Below are positions 1 through 11,885 of a stretch of 64,000 nucleotides of DNA, in pieces. Numbering within the stretch: the stretch's first letter is position 1; each line of letters starts with the position of its first letter. Position numbers and translations under genes: made by a program. The stretch is from Felis catus (taxonomy: Eukaryota): positions 13,952,001-14,016,000 of the forward strand of contig NC_058383.1 in NCBI RefSeq assembly GCF_018350175.1, read 5' to 3'. Below the pieces are notes generated by a model, which searched no databases, was not told where the DNA came from, and worked only from the letters and a program-made list of their open reading frames with translations.

Positions 1-38
1 TCCCATACTAGTCCAGTATGACCTCATCTTGATTTACA

Positions 39-251
39 TTTTTTTTAAGTTTATTTTATTTTGAGAGAGAGAGAGAGAGAGCCTGAGTCGGGGAGGGGCA
101 GAGAGAGAGGGAGAGAGAGAATCCCAAGCAAGGCTCCGCTCTGTCAGCACAGAGCCTGATGGGGGGCTTGAACTCACGAACCGTGAGATCATGACCTGAA
201 CCTGAATCACATCAAGAGTCCGGACATTTAATTGAGCCACCCAGGCGCCCC
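39..251 (-). mobile_element. CanSINE (SINEC_Fc-like) inserted in an MLT1-like LTR remnant
   Basis: Reverse of the GGGGCGCCTGGGTGGCTCA head at 251, (GA)n tract and T-rich tail; TSD ctc(a/g)tcttgatttac at 23-37 and 251-265. Confidence 0.95.
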
Positions 252-658
252 TCGTCTTGATTTACGTCTTAATTACATCTGCAAAGACCTCATTGGCAAG
301 TGAATGTAGCCGGAGGAGAGCCAGGGGGCTGTGGGTCCTGCAAGGGAAAGAGGGGACATTTCAAGCATGACTGCGGAGAAGGGGCAAATGGAGAGGCAGC
401 GGCGTTCAACTGGGGAGGCTGAACCGGTCATGGGCTTTCCCACGCGGTGTCCCCTGGCTACTTCCGCGTGAGCACTCGCAGCGGGGTGGGCGGGAGCCAG
501 ACTGCTGGGTCCCAGAGAGGGAATGCAGACTGTGCTATTACAGAGACAACACCGGTGCTGGAAGGACGCAACAGGTCCCCAGGGAAGGAAAAGAGGCACC
601 AAAAACATCCTGGGGGGGGGGGGGGCTTGGAAAGAACTCGGGGAGAAGCGCTTGTCTC

Positions 659-676
659 CTGCCACCAGGGGGCGAT
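659..676 (+). promoter_or_regulatory. candidate CTCF binding site
   Basis: ctGCCACCAGGGGGCGat, near-perfect match to the CCASYAGRKGGCRS core. Confidence 0.55.
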
Positions 677-986
677 CTGCACCCGCCCATCGGAAACACT
701 CGCACAGACGGGACTCGTTCAGACGGGAACACTGCTCCCCCTTCTCTGGAGAAATTTCCCTTTGGATCCAGATGCATTTTGGGGGGTCCTAACAAGATGG
801 TGAATGAACACAGCTGTCTTCCCCTGACCCTTGGGAAGTTACAGAAGGGAGAAGGGAACTTACAGATCCTGGGATCTAACATCCAAATAACAAGAAACAC
901 CTTAGGAGTCAAAAGGTGGTTGGGGTCTACGGGCGGGGGGGGGGGGGGGCGGCAAGCAGCCACAGAGGTTAGTTTGGGGCCGAACT

Positions 987-1490
987 TTTTTCTTAATCTT
1001 AATGTTTGTTTTTATTTCGCTTGAAGTATAGTTGACATGTTAGTTTCAAGTTATGATGTGCTGATTCGACAGGTCAGTCGCCTGGGCTATGCTCCCCCAC
1101 AAACGTGGCTACCACCCGTCACCATACGGCACCGCGACAATAATACCATTGATGAGGGTCCCTCGCGGTACCTTTCATGTCTGTGACTTATTCATTCCAG
1201 AGCTGGAAGCCTGCGTCTCACACTCTCCTTCACCCGTATTGCTTATTCCCTTTATCTCCCTTCTCCGTGGCAGCCACCCGTCTGTTGTCTGTACTTACGG
1301 GTCTGTTTCTGCTTTTTATTTGTTTATTCATGTGTTTTGTTATATCGATGTTATGTAAGTGAAATCGTACGGCATTTGTCTTTCCTCGTCTGACTCATTT
1401 CACTTAGCCTCACAGCGTCCAAATCCAACCATGTTATCGAAAACGTCAAGATCTCCTTCCGTTCTATGGCTGAATAGCGGGGTAGAGCTT
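987..1490 (-). mobile_element. L1 3' end fragment (carnivore L1/L1MA-type)
   Basis: ttgaagtatagttgacatg...ttagtttcaag and gtgaaatcgtacggcatttgtctttc...tttcacttagc are typical antisense L1 3' UTR/ORF2 end. Confidence 0.8.
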
Positions 1491-1799
1491 TTTGCCGTGA
1501 ACTTGCTGTCTCCCACCTCGTTTGGGCATGTTGCTCACCGCAGGGCCCGCCGTCCCCGTGTGACAACTGGAATGTCGTTGGGATGAAGGTAGCAGAGCCG
1601 CCACCAGCCTGTGACCCCGAATGACCTTTTGGAGCAGAAACCCCCAACTTCCTCTCTTGTTGCAGACATGTGCACTGTCATATGAGAGAGGAAGAAACTC
1701 CCGTGTGTGAGGTCATTCATGACATGTCTGAGTATATTTGTTACACAGCCCACTCTACCCTAACTAATACAAGACTCCGGGTCATTCATCAAAATTCAG

Positions 1800-2330
1800 A
1801 ACTTCTGTTTAACGAAGCGCCCATGGGCAGAGTTAACGGAAGGGTGACACATTGGGAAAAGATGTTTGTGTCATCCAATGTAAACAAGGGATTAACTCTC
1901 CTGGATAAGAAATTCGTATAAAGTAAGCACCACCACCACCATCCCCCAATCCCTCTGAGAAGTTGGGGAAGGATAAGAATTCATTGAGGGAGAAATCCAA
2001 ATAGTTCAAATGAATGTGAAGAGATGCTCAACATCGCCAGTAATCAGAGAAATTCGAAGTACGGTGTGAACACGAGACACTACTCACCCCAAATCTGGTG
2101 CGGCAAACTCAGAGCTGTAGACGAGGCAGGTGCCGGTGAGGATGCCTCTACCTTCCACGGAGAGAACAGAAGTGCTGTGTATGCCCTGAAGCCGGATGGC
2201 GGGGGACGGGGGTGTCCTGGTATGGCCCCTCAGGGAGCAACCTGGTGGGTCTGATGAAATTAAGAAAGTGCAGACTCCTTAACTGGGGGTCCTGTCGGAA
2301 TTCTCACACGGGACTGGAAAGGAAACATAA
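1800..2330 (+). mobile_element. old L1M (L1ME-like) fragment
   Basis: Degenerate L1 ORF2 3' motifs: tgggaaaagatgtttg, gaagagatgctcaacatc...aatcagagaaat. Confidence 0.5.
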
Positions 2331-2336
2331 CACCAT

Positions 2337-2547
2337 TTTTAAAAATGTGTTTTTTTTTTTTCTATTTTTGAGAGACAGAGCCCAAGCAGGGGAGGGGCAG
2401 AGAGAGAGGGAGACACAGAACGCGAAGCAGGTTCCAGGCTCTGAACTGTCAGCACAGAGCCCAATGCAGGGCTCGAACCCACAAACCCCGAGCTCATGAC
2501 CTGAGCTGAAGTCCGAGGCTCAACCGACTGAGCCACCCGGGCACCCC
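2337..2547 (-). mobile_element. CanSINE
   Basis: Full head and tail; degenerate TSD cataacacc/cataatacc. Confidence 0.95.
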
Positions 2548-3788
2548 TCATAATACCGTTGTTAGTGGCAGTAGGCGTTGGGGGGACTGACTCCCCTATA
2601 GACGGATTAAACCTCATCTCAACGAAAGCGGAGTTGAGTGAAACATAACAAGAAACAGAATGAGCTACGTGGCATCTCACGATGTACGGACACAAAACAG
2701 CACTCCACAGACACAAACGCACATACCCCCAGAGGGGCATTTCTGGTCTGGGTGCTGGCAGGTGGGTGTAGGTAGATGGAGAGGGGGCCCGCATGTGCCA
2801 CAGAATTCAGAAAGATTGAATACTATGAGCTGAATGTTACGACTGGCTAACTTCCTGCACCCAGTGTTCAAAGGGGAAAAAAAAAATCCTCTCTGGGGGG
2901 AATATTATCTGCCGGGCCTGGCCTCTGTCACCTGATCCTTCACCCAACGCTGCTGAGTGAATAGAGTTCACTTTACCCTCTGATTTGGCGATTCAGTAGA
3001 GATTTCAACAATCAAAGCTTAATTAACTCCTCTTTAATTGAAGTCATCTTTGCGGTCATGGTGTTTGCGCGCAGGACAATTCTGCTTGGCCTCTGGTGCT
3101 CCATTACCAGGCCCAGTTTCTGACTCAGCCATTAACAGCCCTGAGACAGGGCAGTCAGACAAGTCTTCAGGCCCTGGGGGGGGGGGGTGGTTACGGTTGG
3201 AATCAGGGTCTCCCTACCTCCAGGAAGGCGGACCCCTGCGGAGGAAAGATGTTTAAAGATCGCAGAAGGGGATCCCACAGAGCAGGCAGCATTGGGGGCA
3301 GTGACTAGGACCCATCTGGGGGGTAAAGGTGACAAGCACAGGAACAGTGAGCGTCACAGCCAGCTGTCTGCCTCTCCTGGGCGGGTAATTGTCCCTCCAT
3401 GGAAAGTTGTTCTTTTTCCTTTTCGTCTTCCTGAGTTAAGATAAGCCACTCGGTAAACTTTGCCTTCAGACCAATACTGATTTCAAAACAACAGTCCCAG
3501 TGGGGAATCGGCCCAGGGTAAAGGAAGGAAGTATTTAGCATTCAAGACAAGCTCAAGGACCCCGAGTCATCTGATGCGAATACAACACGGAAGTACTTGG
3601 AGATGAGCCTGTCAAACAGGCTGGGGCCAAATTAGCCAGGGTCTTGAATTTTTCTTACTGTCGGTGGAGAGTCAAACTACTGATTTCTCTTTGAGAGAAG
3701 GTCACCGTTGGCCAGTAGATATTTGGGGAGCATATTTGATCCCTCTGATCCTGGCTTCGGAGATGCAAACTAGAATTCTGGTTGGGAG

Positions 3789-4332
3789 TCATGGCAGACG
3801 GTGTTTCCCCAAAATGGCTGCCCCAGTGTTCCCATCCCACCTGCTCCTCGTAGAGCCCGATTTTGACATTCCTCCAGCAAGCTTGGAGGTCTGTGGTCCC
3901 TCCCCTTGAATTTGAGTACTCTTCTGACTGTGGCAGACGTGACACTATATGACTTCTAAGGGGAGGTCAAAAAAGGTGATATAATTTCTGTCTGGCTCGC
4001 TTGGGATGCCTGCACCTAGCAGCCAGCCACCCCTCTGCGAGGAAGCCCAAGAAACAGGGAGAAGTCATATATAGTTGTTCTGCCTGATGGCCCCGCCACC
4101 AGCATGAAATGCCAGACCTGTGAGTGACCAAGCCCTCAGAAGATTCCAGTCCTCCACTGGGTTACCCCCAGCCTTGAAGTCTTCCAGCTGAAGACCCGGG
4201 AGCAGAGATGAGCCAGTCCCACCGTGTCCTGCCTGAATTCCTGACCCACAAAGTCTGGAAGCCTAATAAAATGCCTCTCGTTTGATATCCCTAAATTCGG
4301 AATTGATTGTTGTGCAGGAATGGATAACAGAG
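3789..4332 (+). mobile_element. MaLR LTR (MLT1G/H-like)
   Basis: tggcagacggtgtttccccaaaatggctgcc...cccttgaatttgag...ccctgcctgaattcctgacccaca...aataaaatg, the MLT1 LTR pattern. Confidence 0.75.
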
Positions 4333-4344
4333 GAGGACGGAGCA

Positions 4345-5242
4345 TGTGAACCGCGAGCTGGTGCAGCCACTCTGGAGAACAGTATGGAGGTTCCCCCAAA
4401 AACTAAAAATAGAACTACCCTAGGACCCAGCAATGGCGGTACTAGCCATTTATCCATGGGATTCAGGTGTGCTGTTTCAAAGGGACACAGGCACCCCCAT
4501 GTTGTGGCAGCACTATCGACAATAGCCAAAGTATGGAAAGAGCCCACATGTCCATCGATGGATGAATGGATAAAGAAGATGTGGTATATACACACAATGG
4601 AGTATTACTCGGCGATCAAAAAGAATGAAATCTTGCCATTTTCAACTACGTGGACGGAACTGGAGGGTGTTATGCTGCGTGAAATTAGTGAGTCAGAGAA
4701 AGACAAAAATCAGATGACTTCACTCCTATGAGGACTTTAAGAGACAAAACAGACGAACATAAGGGAAGGGAAACAAAAATAATATCAAAGCACGGAGGGG
4801 GACAAAACGGAAGAGACCCATAAACATGGAGAACAAACTCAGGGTTGCGGGAGGGGGGATGGGCTAAATAGGTCAGGGGCACTGAGGAATCTACTCCTGA
4901 AATCACTGTGGCACGGTGCGTTAACTAATCGGGAGGTAAATTTATTTTATTTATTTATTTTTTTTTAAAATTTTTTTTTCAACGTTTATTTATTTTTGGG
5001 ACAGAGAGAGACAGAGCATGAACGGGGGAGGGGCAGAGAGAGAGGGAGACACAGAATCGAAAACAGGCTCCAGGCTCTGAGCCATCAGCCCAGAGCCCGA
5101 CGCGGGGCTCGAACTCACGGACCACGAGATCGTGACCTGGCTGAAGTCGGACGCTTAACCGACTGCGCCACCCGATAGGCGCCTGGCCCCTATCGGGAGG
5201 TAAATTTAAAAAAAGAAAAAAGAAAATTAAAAAAGAAAAGAA
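4345..5242 (+). mobile_element. 5'-truncated carnivore L1 (ORF2 C-terminus, 3' UTR, A-rich tail) with a nested SINE
   Basis: ORF 4282-4731 encodes L1 ORF2-like WKEPTCPSMDEWIKKMWYIHTMEYYSAIKKNEILPF; TSD gaggacggagca at 4333-4344 and 5243-5254. Confidence 0.92.
4945..5190 (-). mobile_element. young CanSINE (SINEC_Fc) with rearranged 5' end
   Basis: Young-type diagnostics (GCGCAGTCGG, TTCAGCCAGG, CCCAAAAATAAATAAACGTTG); perfect 17 bp TSD atcgggaggtaaattta at 4928-4944 and 5192-5208. Confidence 0.97.
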
Positions 5243-6070
5243 GAGGACGGAGCAGCGCAGGAGAGACACAAAGAAGAAAGAAGGTCTCGGTGAAGAGCAG
5301 GACACTGAGTCCTTGCAGGGATAGGTCTGACTCATTGGAAAAGGGCCTCGAAGATGAGTGAACCACCGGCAGAAGGATGAAATTAGAAATTCAGAATGGG
5401 AAGCGGAAACGGGCGTCCTTTTGGCTTTGAACAGGTTCATTGTGAGATCGTGGTTATATACTCCCATGGGCCGTAGGGCAGTTTTGGGAAATGATGTCGT
5501 TCGGACAGTCTTCGGCCTGTAGGTGTCTTTAGAGACCCAGGAGGGAGTAGCCCAGCCGGGAGAGGAACATCAAAGTTTGGGAGACGAGAAGAGAACTCAG
5601 AACAGGTCTTTGGGAAGGGGGCGGCGCTCACACCTCGGGAGCAGGGGGGAGGGAAGGTGGATGGCGATCAAGACAGAGGGGTCACTGGCACCTGTAGGGC
5701 AGAGATGGGGTGGGGGCGGGAGCCACAGGGGAAGCGGGCCTTGGATTTGACAACAGGGAGCTTCGATCTGGCTTCAGGGTATTTACCACCAGGTCGGATC
5801 TCTTGTGATCGATCACCAACATCTCGCTCCAGCTGTACGTCGCGACCGGACTGGGGTGTCTCATGTGTTATTTTGCACTTCTAATGGTGTGAACAGTCTT
5901 GCAGAGTGAATTGTTATTGTCCTATGAAGTTGGGTGTTCGCCCCAGTGAGGGATCAAGGGTCCTGAGGTTTGCACCAGTCAATGGTGGAGTCAGGATCTG
6001 ACCCCAGATCTTTCCGGCACAATGTCCCAACACATTTTCATATGAAGGTCTCCTGTCTTGTCAGAGCACC

Positions 6071-6104
6071 CGACGCTCAACCAACCGAGCCACCCGGGTG
6101 CCCC
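6071..6104 (-). mobile_element. isolated CanSINE 5' head fragment
   Basis: cgacgctcaaccaaccgagccacccgggtgcccc, the reverse of the first ~34 nt of a CanSINE. Confidence 0.7.
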
Positions 6105-7074
6105 TTGGGGTAACACTTGTAATCTTCCCATCTGCCTTATTACCATAAGATGGCGATTATTCTCTCTGCTGCGAAGCTGGGTAAACTGAGGTGCAGAGAA
6201 GGCGCCTGAATAACTCGTCCGCTTGTCAGTGACAGGGACTGGAGCCCGTGCTAGATGGCCTCACAACAAGCCTCTTCAAGTGTGGGGGCCAGTGGGGAGG
6301 AGGAACAGTCTCATACTTTGTCTTAGGACTGCGGAAGCCATGGCTGTAGCTCCGTACCATGAGGTCAGGATGCCAGGACAGCCAGGCTCCCTGCTTCAGC
6401 CGAGCTTTCAGGGTGGGGGTGCCTGTCCACCAGGAAGGCCTTCAATCAGACCTCCCCACGGGCGGCTCTGCGTCCTGAGGGATGAGGGGACGGTGGCCGT
6501 AGCAGGGGCTGGGGCTGCTGGGAAAAACCAGGGCCCCACAGGGCACCCCACACGTGGGGTCTTCAGAAAAGAGACTCGCCCCATGACAAGGTCCTCCAAG
6601 AGCGTTGGACGAAGTCAGGCCAATGCATCCTGTGAGTCAGGGGACAGACGCTGGACTGGGGCCAGAGCAGGGCAGGGGTGAGGTTCAGGCAGAGGCGGCC
6701 TCTCCCCGGCTTGGCTGACCCCATCGGGCTGTTTCAGAACCACCGCCAGGAGGCAGAAGACTGAGTTGTCCCGGTCAGCCTCACATGGGCCTGCAAAGAT
6801 CCTTTGTCATCAGCAACCATTTCTGCCTGGGGGCTGGCGGGTAACGGGAGGCCCATCCCCCAGTGGTGTGGCTCCTGGCCTGGCTTCGTGCCCCAGGGCA
6901 GCTCAAGGCCAGAGTGTCCCCCCCCCCTCGTCGGCCTTTCACTTTTGGCGCTTTCTCAGAGACCAGCCACGTTCCTTCCAGGCGGAATTTTCCAGGGACG
7001 AAGATGATGACCGGGGGCCCCTCCTGGCGAGGATTCAGGGCTGTGGCTCCCCTAGAACGGGGCTCCGGGCACCT

Positions 7075-7250
7075 GCTCCACCACTGACTAGCTTTGTGAC
7101 CCTTTTTATGCCTCAGTTTCCTCACCTGCCATTTGGGGGAAATAATACTATATACCACATGGGTTTGCTGTTTGGATTAAGTTAGGAATTTGCGTGACGC
7201 TCCCAACACAGTCCTCGACACGGGGTACGTGTTCAAGGCATGTTAACTAT
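7075..7250 (+). mobile_element. MIR SINE
   Basis: MIR core tgcctcagtttcctcacctg preceded by ccactgactagctttgtgacc. Confidence 0.7.
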
Positions 7251-7656
7251 GATCACTGCTGTTACGATTTATAAGGACAGACTTCCACATGCAGGCGTGA
7301 AGGGCCCGGAAACAGCCACCTCAGTGCTCCTGCTGTTAACCTTGGATCTCCCTGCCCACCTGTGTCCCTGGGGTGCCAGGCACATCTCTCCTCCCGAAGT
7401 CAGATGGTTTTGTTCAAACGCATCCATCACATCCTTTCCTGCAGAGAAGTCCCTGCATCTGTTTGGGCCTCGTTCACGAGGCACCAGATGCCAGCTGCCC
7501 AGACATTCCACAGGCTGGAGGCCCGGCTGTGGGAGTTGGTGACTTGAACTCTCAAGTGTCACAGTGCAGCCTGGTGAGTGCGGCACTCTTGTGGTCCCCT
7601 GTCCGTGGCTCTGACAAGACAGGAGACGTTCATATGAAAATGTGTCGGAAAGTTGC

Positions 7657-7846
7657 TTTTGTTTTTGAGAGGGAAAGAAAGAGATAGAGGGAGGGGCAGA
7701 GAGAGAGAGAGAGAGAGAGAATCCCAAGCAAGCTCTGAACTGTCAGAACAGAGCCTGACGCAGGGCTCGATCTCACAAACTGTGACATCATGACCTGGGC
7801 CGAGATCGAGAGTCCGATGCGTAACTGACTGAGCCACCCAGGCACC
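7657..7846 (-). mobile_element. CanSINE
   Basis: Head, body and (GA)n recognisable; flanking ggaaagtt repeats. Confidence 0.93.
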
Positions 7847-8559
7847 TTTTTGGGAAAGTTTACATGAAAATATATTTCCGTCCCCAAGACTGTGCATGAA
7901 GTGGCCTATTGCCCGCCCCCCCCTCCCGCCTCCAAAATGCCCCCGTCCAGCCCCGCCAGGCCCACGAGGCCCCGCATAGACCAGCTATGGGGCCTGCTCC
8001 CTTCACTCCCTCTCAGGGGTGCTCCGGTGAGAATCGAACACCTAGCAATGATCACCTGTGTGGGTTTTACTAAACGCATATAATTTGTGTCTGGTTTCCT
8101 TGCATTGTTATCACAGAAAATGGCCTCACCGTTGCTTTGAAAAATATATTGAGATCATCACTGAGAAAACGTATCATCAGCTGACTCACCCCCCCCCCCC
8201 CCGCCATCTGGTCTTCCCAGCCGTCGATAGCTGCCCACCACTCTTCTCCCCCACCCTCCCCTCGATCCCTCCGGGAGGTCATGGAGACGTTTAGAAGAAG
8301 GGCAGGTGACAGGAGAGCAGGACCGAGCTTTCTAAGTTGGAAGACTCTGGCTCTGAATCTTGGGTCTGCCACCTCTGGCTGTGTGACTCCGGGCGTTTTC
8401 TCTACTTCTCTGTGCCCGTTTCCCTCCACCTGTGTCCTGAGGACCAGCATACTTGTCTGAGAGGTTCGAGAGGGAATATGACACGGGGCTGGCACAGTAT
8501 TTGGCACCCAGCTGCCGGGTCGCAGGGCCCTGCAGTTTTCAGAAGGAAACAATACTTGA

Positions 8560-9336
8560 AAAACAACCCTATGGGACCTCAGACCTTGAAACAGAATTAC
8601 CACACCCACCTTGAAAACAGATGTCCAAACAGATCCTGTACATGAATGCCCACGGTAGCGCTATTCACAGGAGCCAGAAAGTAGAAACAGCCCAGGGGCG
8701 CCTGGGTGGCTCCGTCAGTTGAGCGTATGACTTTGGCTCAGGCCATGATCTCGCGGTTCGTGAGTTCGAGCCCCGCGTCGGGCTCTGTGCTGACGGCTCC
8801 GAGCCCGGAGCCTGCTTCACATTCTGTGTCTCCCTCTCTCTCTGCACCTCCCCTGCTCACACTCTGTCTCCCTCCCTCAAAAATAAATGAACATTTAAAA
8901 ACAAAAGTAGAAACAACCCAGATGTGCACTGACCGATGAGCGGATAAACACTAAATACGGACATCCACACAATGGAATATCTGGCCGCCAAGAAGAGTGA
9001 AGAAATGCTACAACATGGATGAACTGGAAAGCATTAGGTTGCATGAAAACCACTAGCCACAAGTGTCACATATTGTAGGACCCCATGTACATGAAATATC
9101 CCGAATGAGTCAATCCACAGAGACAGAAGCCAGATGGCTGGTCGTCAGGACCAGGCTGCGGGCGTGGGGTGGGTAAGAGGGAGTCATTGCTGAATGGGCA
9201 TGGGGTTTTCTTCTGGAGCAATGGGAATGTTCTGGAAGTTCTCAGTGGTGGCGGCTTCACAACACCATGAATGCACTAAATGTCACTAATGGCAAACTGT
9301 GTCTTATGTGTCTTACCACAATTAAAAAAAAAAAAA
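8560..9336 (+). mobile_element. L1MB-type 3' end, interrupted by a SINE
   Basis: acatccacacaatggaatat...gcatggggttttcttctggagcaatgggaatgttctggaa...ttaccacaatt followed by a poly-A run. Confidence 0.8.
8695..8903 (+). mobile_element. CanSINE
   Basis: GGGGCGCCTGGGTGGCT head; TSD aaagtagaaaca(g/a)ccca at 8678-8694 and 8904-8920. Confidence 0.96.
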
Positions 9337-10406
9337 TGAACAGAGACCTTGGCAGAGCCCTGATTCTCAGGCTGTCTGAGCTCCGCTGCCTTTGAGGTCT
9401 CCTCGGGGCCGGGGGAAAGGAAGAGGACGCACTTCGAAGGAAATCAGGAGTGGAGACTCAGAACGGACCCCTTCAAAGCATGAGCACTGCCCCCAACCGC
9501 CCCCCCCCCCAGGGAGCCACCCTGCCTCGCCCTGCTGGTGGCCCCCAGCCTCCTGTCAGTGTCTCAGGGAGTGACAGGGACGCACCCCCACTGCTCTCGT
9601 GCAGGGAACACCTTCTTTTTCATTTTTGGGGGGGCTCACCTCTGAACACCCCGGGTTCCGACAGAGGCGGAAGGCCACGACTCCACACAGAGCTGCTGAG
9701 GCTGGTCGTTGGGAGGCTGGAGAGGCTGAAGCAGCTGGACGGGGACAGGAGGTGGCCCCGGGAGGGTCCGCTGACATCCACCGCTCAGATGTGCGATTTC
9801 ACCCAGCGTGAGGATACCAGGCGTTCCGGGCCCTCAACCCAAGCCTTTTTTTAACATCTCGGAACTGGGGGAATAAGTCGGTCCCTCCCCATCCCAGACG
9901 TACATCTCAGGTGGATGTGGAGACTTTGGGGGCTAGGGCGCAAGGTGGGGAGGCTGGGGAGAAGTCTCTTGCTGCACCAGAGTGACGTCACCTTTGTGGC
10001 CACGGCCAGCAGGTGGTTCTTCCTCTTCTGTTGAGTCACACGCGCGCCAGAAAGGCCACACCCTCGTAAGGGGACCCCTAGCGCTAAGCACATCACTGAC
10101 CTCACGACTGACTTCAGCAACACTGGCCACAGTGTGGGGTACCACCCCAGGGAAGAGAGGCGCTCCGGCCACCCAGCTGTGTGCCTGTGTGACCCTCCAG
10201 CCCAGGCGGTCGGCCGGGGTCCAGGGCCCCCTCAGCTGCTCTCTCTCCCTTTCCTCCGTCCACCAAGTTCTGGCCCTGCCCACGTCAGCCACAGGTACCT
10301 TCCTCTGTGTTCACCCCTGGCCCTTTCTCTCTGTCTTTAGCTCTTCTTTGGACTCGGGATTTTTAAGCCTTTCTGTGAAGTCTCTTGCTTCAAAAGATAC
10401 ATGTTA

Positions 10407-10605
10407 CTGATTTATTTTTTTTAGTTTATTTTGGAGACAGACAGAGACAGCATGAGCAGGGGGGGAGACAGAGAGAGAATCCCCAGCAGGCTCTGCGCTG
10501 TCAGCACAGAGCTGGACGTGGGGTTCGAACTCACGAACCGGGAGATGGTGACCTGAGCCAAAACCAAGAATCGGGGGCTTAACTGACTGAGCCACCCAGG
10601 CGCCC
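10407..10605 (-). mobile_element. CanSINE
   Basis: TSD atacatgtta at 10397-10406 and 10608-10617. Confidence 0.94.
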
Positions 10606-10754
10606 ACATACATGTTATTTTTAATGGCTGTCTCCACTTCCTTTTGTTTATTCCCTCCCTTTCCCTTCCCTGTGTTTAGAAGACAATCAACCATGGGGAC
10701 AACCTCAACCAGAGCAACCCGTGGGCCCGAGTCCCTGGTTTGAGGAGAACGTTC

Positions 10755-10875
10755 TTCATTTGTTCATTCATTCATTCATTCATCAAGCACCTGTCAACTA
10801 TGGTACCACACCAGGCCCTGGGATGACAAGGACCAGACAAATTAGCTGCGACCTTCAGGGCTTAGAGTCTAGTAA
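10755..10875 (-). mobile_element. L2 3' end
   Basis: (TTCA)n followed by caagcacctg...ccaggccctgggatg, the typical antisense L2 tail. Confidence 0.6.
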
Positions 10876-11885
10876 ATAAAGTTTTCAGTGATATAATAAT
10901 GATAACCATCGAGTGGATATTTATCTATATGGCTGGCACTGTCTTCATGTATGAATGAATGAATGAATGAATTGAATTCTCTGATAACTCTCTGACCCTT
11001 GTACTGTTTTAAAGATGAGGCAACTGAGGCCGGGAGTGTGGCAGCAACTTTCCCGAGTTCACAGGGGAAGTGGAGGCAGGACCTCTGCACCTGCTGGGTG
11101 ACATGGGGATGTCTCCAGCCCCCGCCAGGAAACCGGGCCAAATGGAAGGGCCGGGTTTCAGCCTCATGGACCTTGTTTCCTCAGACCTTATCTGGGGACA
11201 TCCGCCAACATTCCTTCAGGCTGGCCTCAGCCCCTGATGCTCCTGGTGTTCACCAGTTCCCTCCAAGGGGCTTTCTGACTGCCTCAATGGGGTAAAGACA
11301 TGGAAAAGGGTTTCCGAGAAAAAAAACCCCAAATCACTGCTTCACGCTCAACACCTTGCAGCCACCTCAGTTTTGTTCTCACGTAAGCTTGTGATCTTGG
11401 AAGACGAGTGTGGATGTGCCAAACTTGGTGACAGACTCTGACACAATGCGGCACAAGCCCTGATGACCTTGGGGGCGCCTCTGCTCCTTCTCTGTCATTA
11501 GAGTCTCCTTGGGGTTTACACCTGGACCCTGTAATGACAACAATGACCCACACTCTTTCCCCGTTGAGTCACAAAATGTGTTTTATCTAATGAGGAGGCA
11601 AACTTTTATTTCAACTCAAGAATCGGAGGTTTCGGTGATATCTAGTTATTATTACTTTTTGGTGAAAAAGCTCTCCAGGGTTCTTTGATGATTAGGGAAA
11701 TTTGAGAGATCCTGAACATGTCATTTCTGCTTATATGATACCATTACGTTGGGGCGGGGACAGAAAATCTGGGGTCCGAGGCCACCCCTCAAGGTAGTGG
11801 TGGGATCCCATGATGCTCTCATCCCCTGCCGCCGTCTTTAGTAGAAATCGCATCTGGGGAACTTTCTGGTGAAGCTGTTCTAGGT

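Noticed and set aside
34..240. Recurrent ORFs with AQVMISRFVSSSPASGSVLTAQSLEP-type peptides
   Set aside because: Translations of CanSINE copies, not a protein family
7596..7615. REST/RE1-like motif ctgtccgtggctctga
   Set aside because: Two mismatches in the essential GCACC part of the motif
9660..9790. Coding-looking stretch (TELLRLVVGRLERLKQLDG)
   Set aside because: No convincing splice-site pair and no recognisable homology
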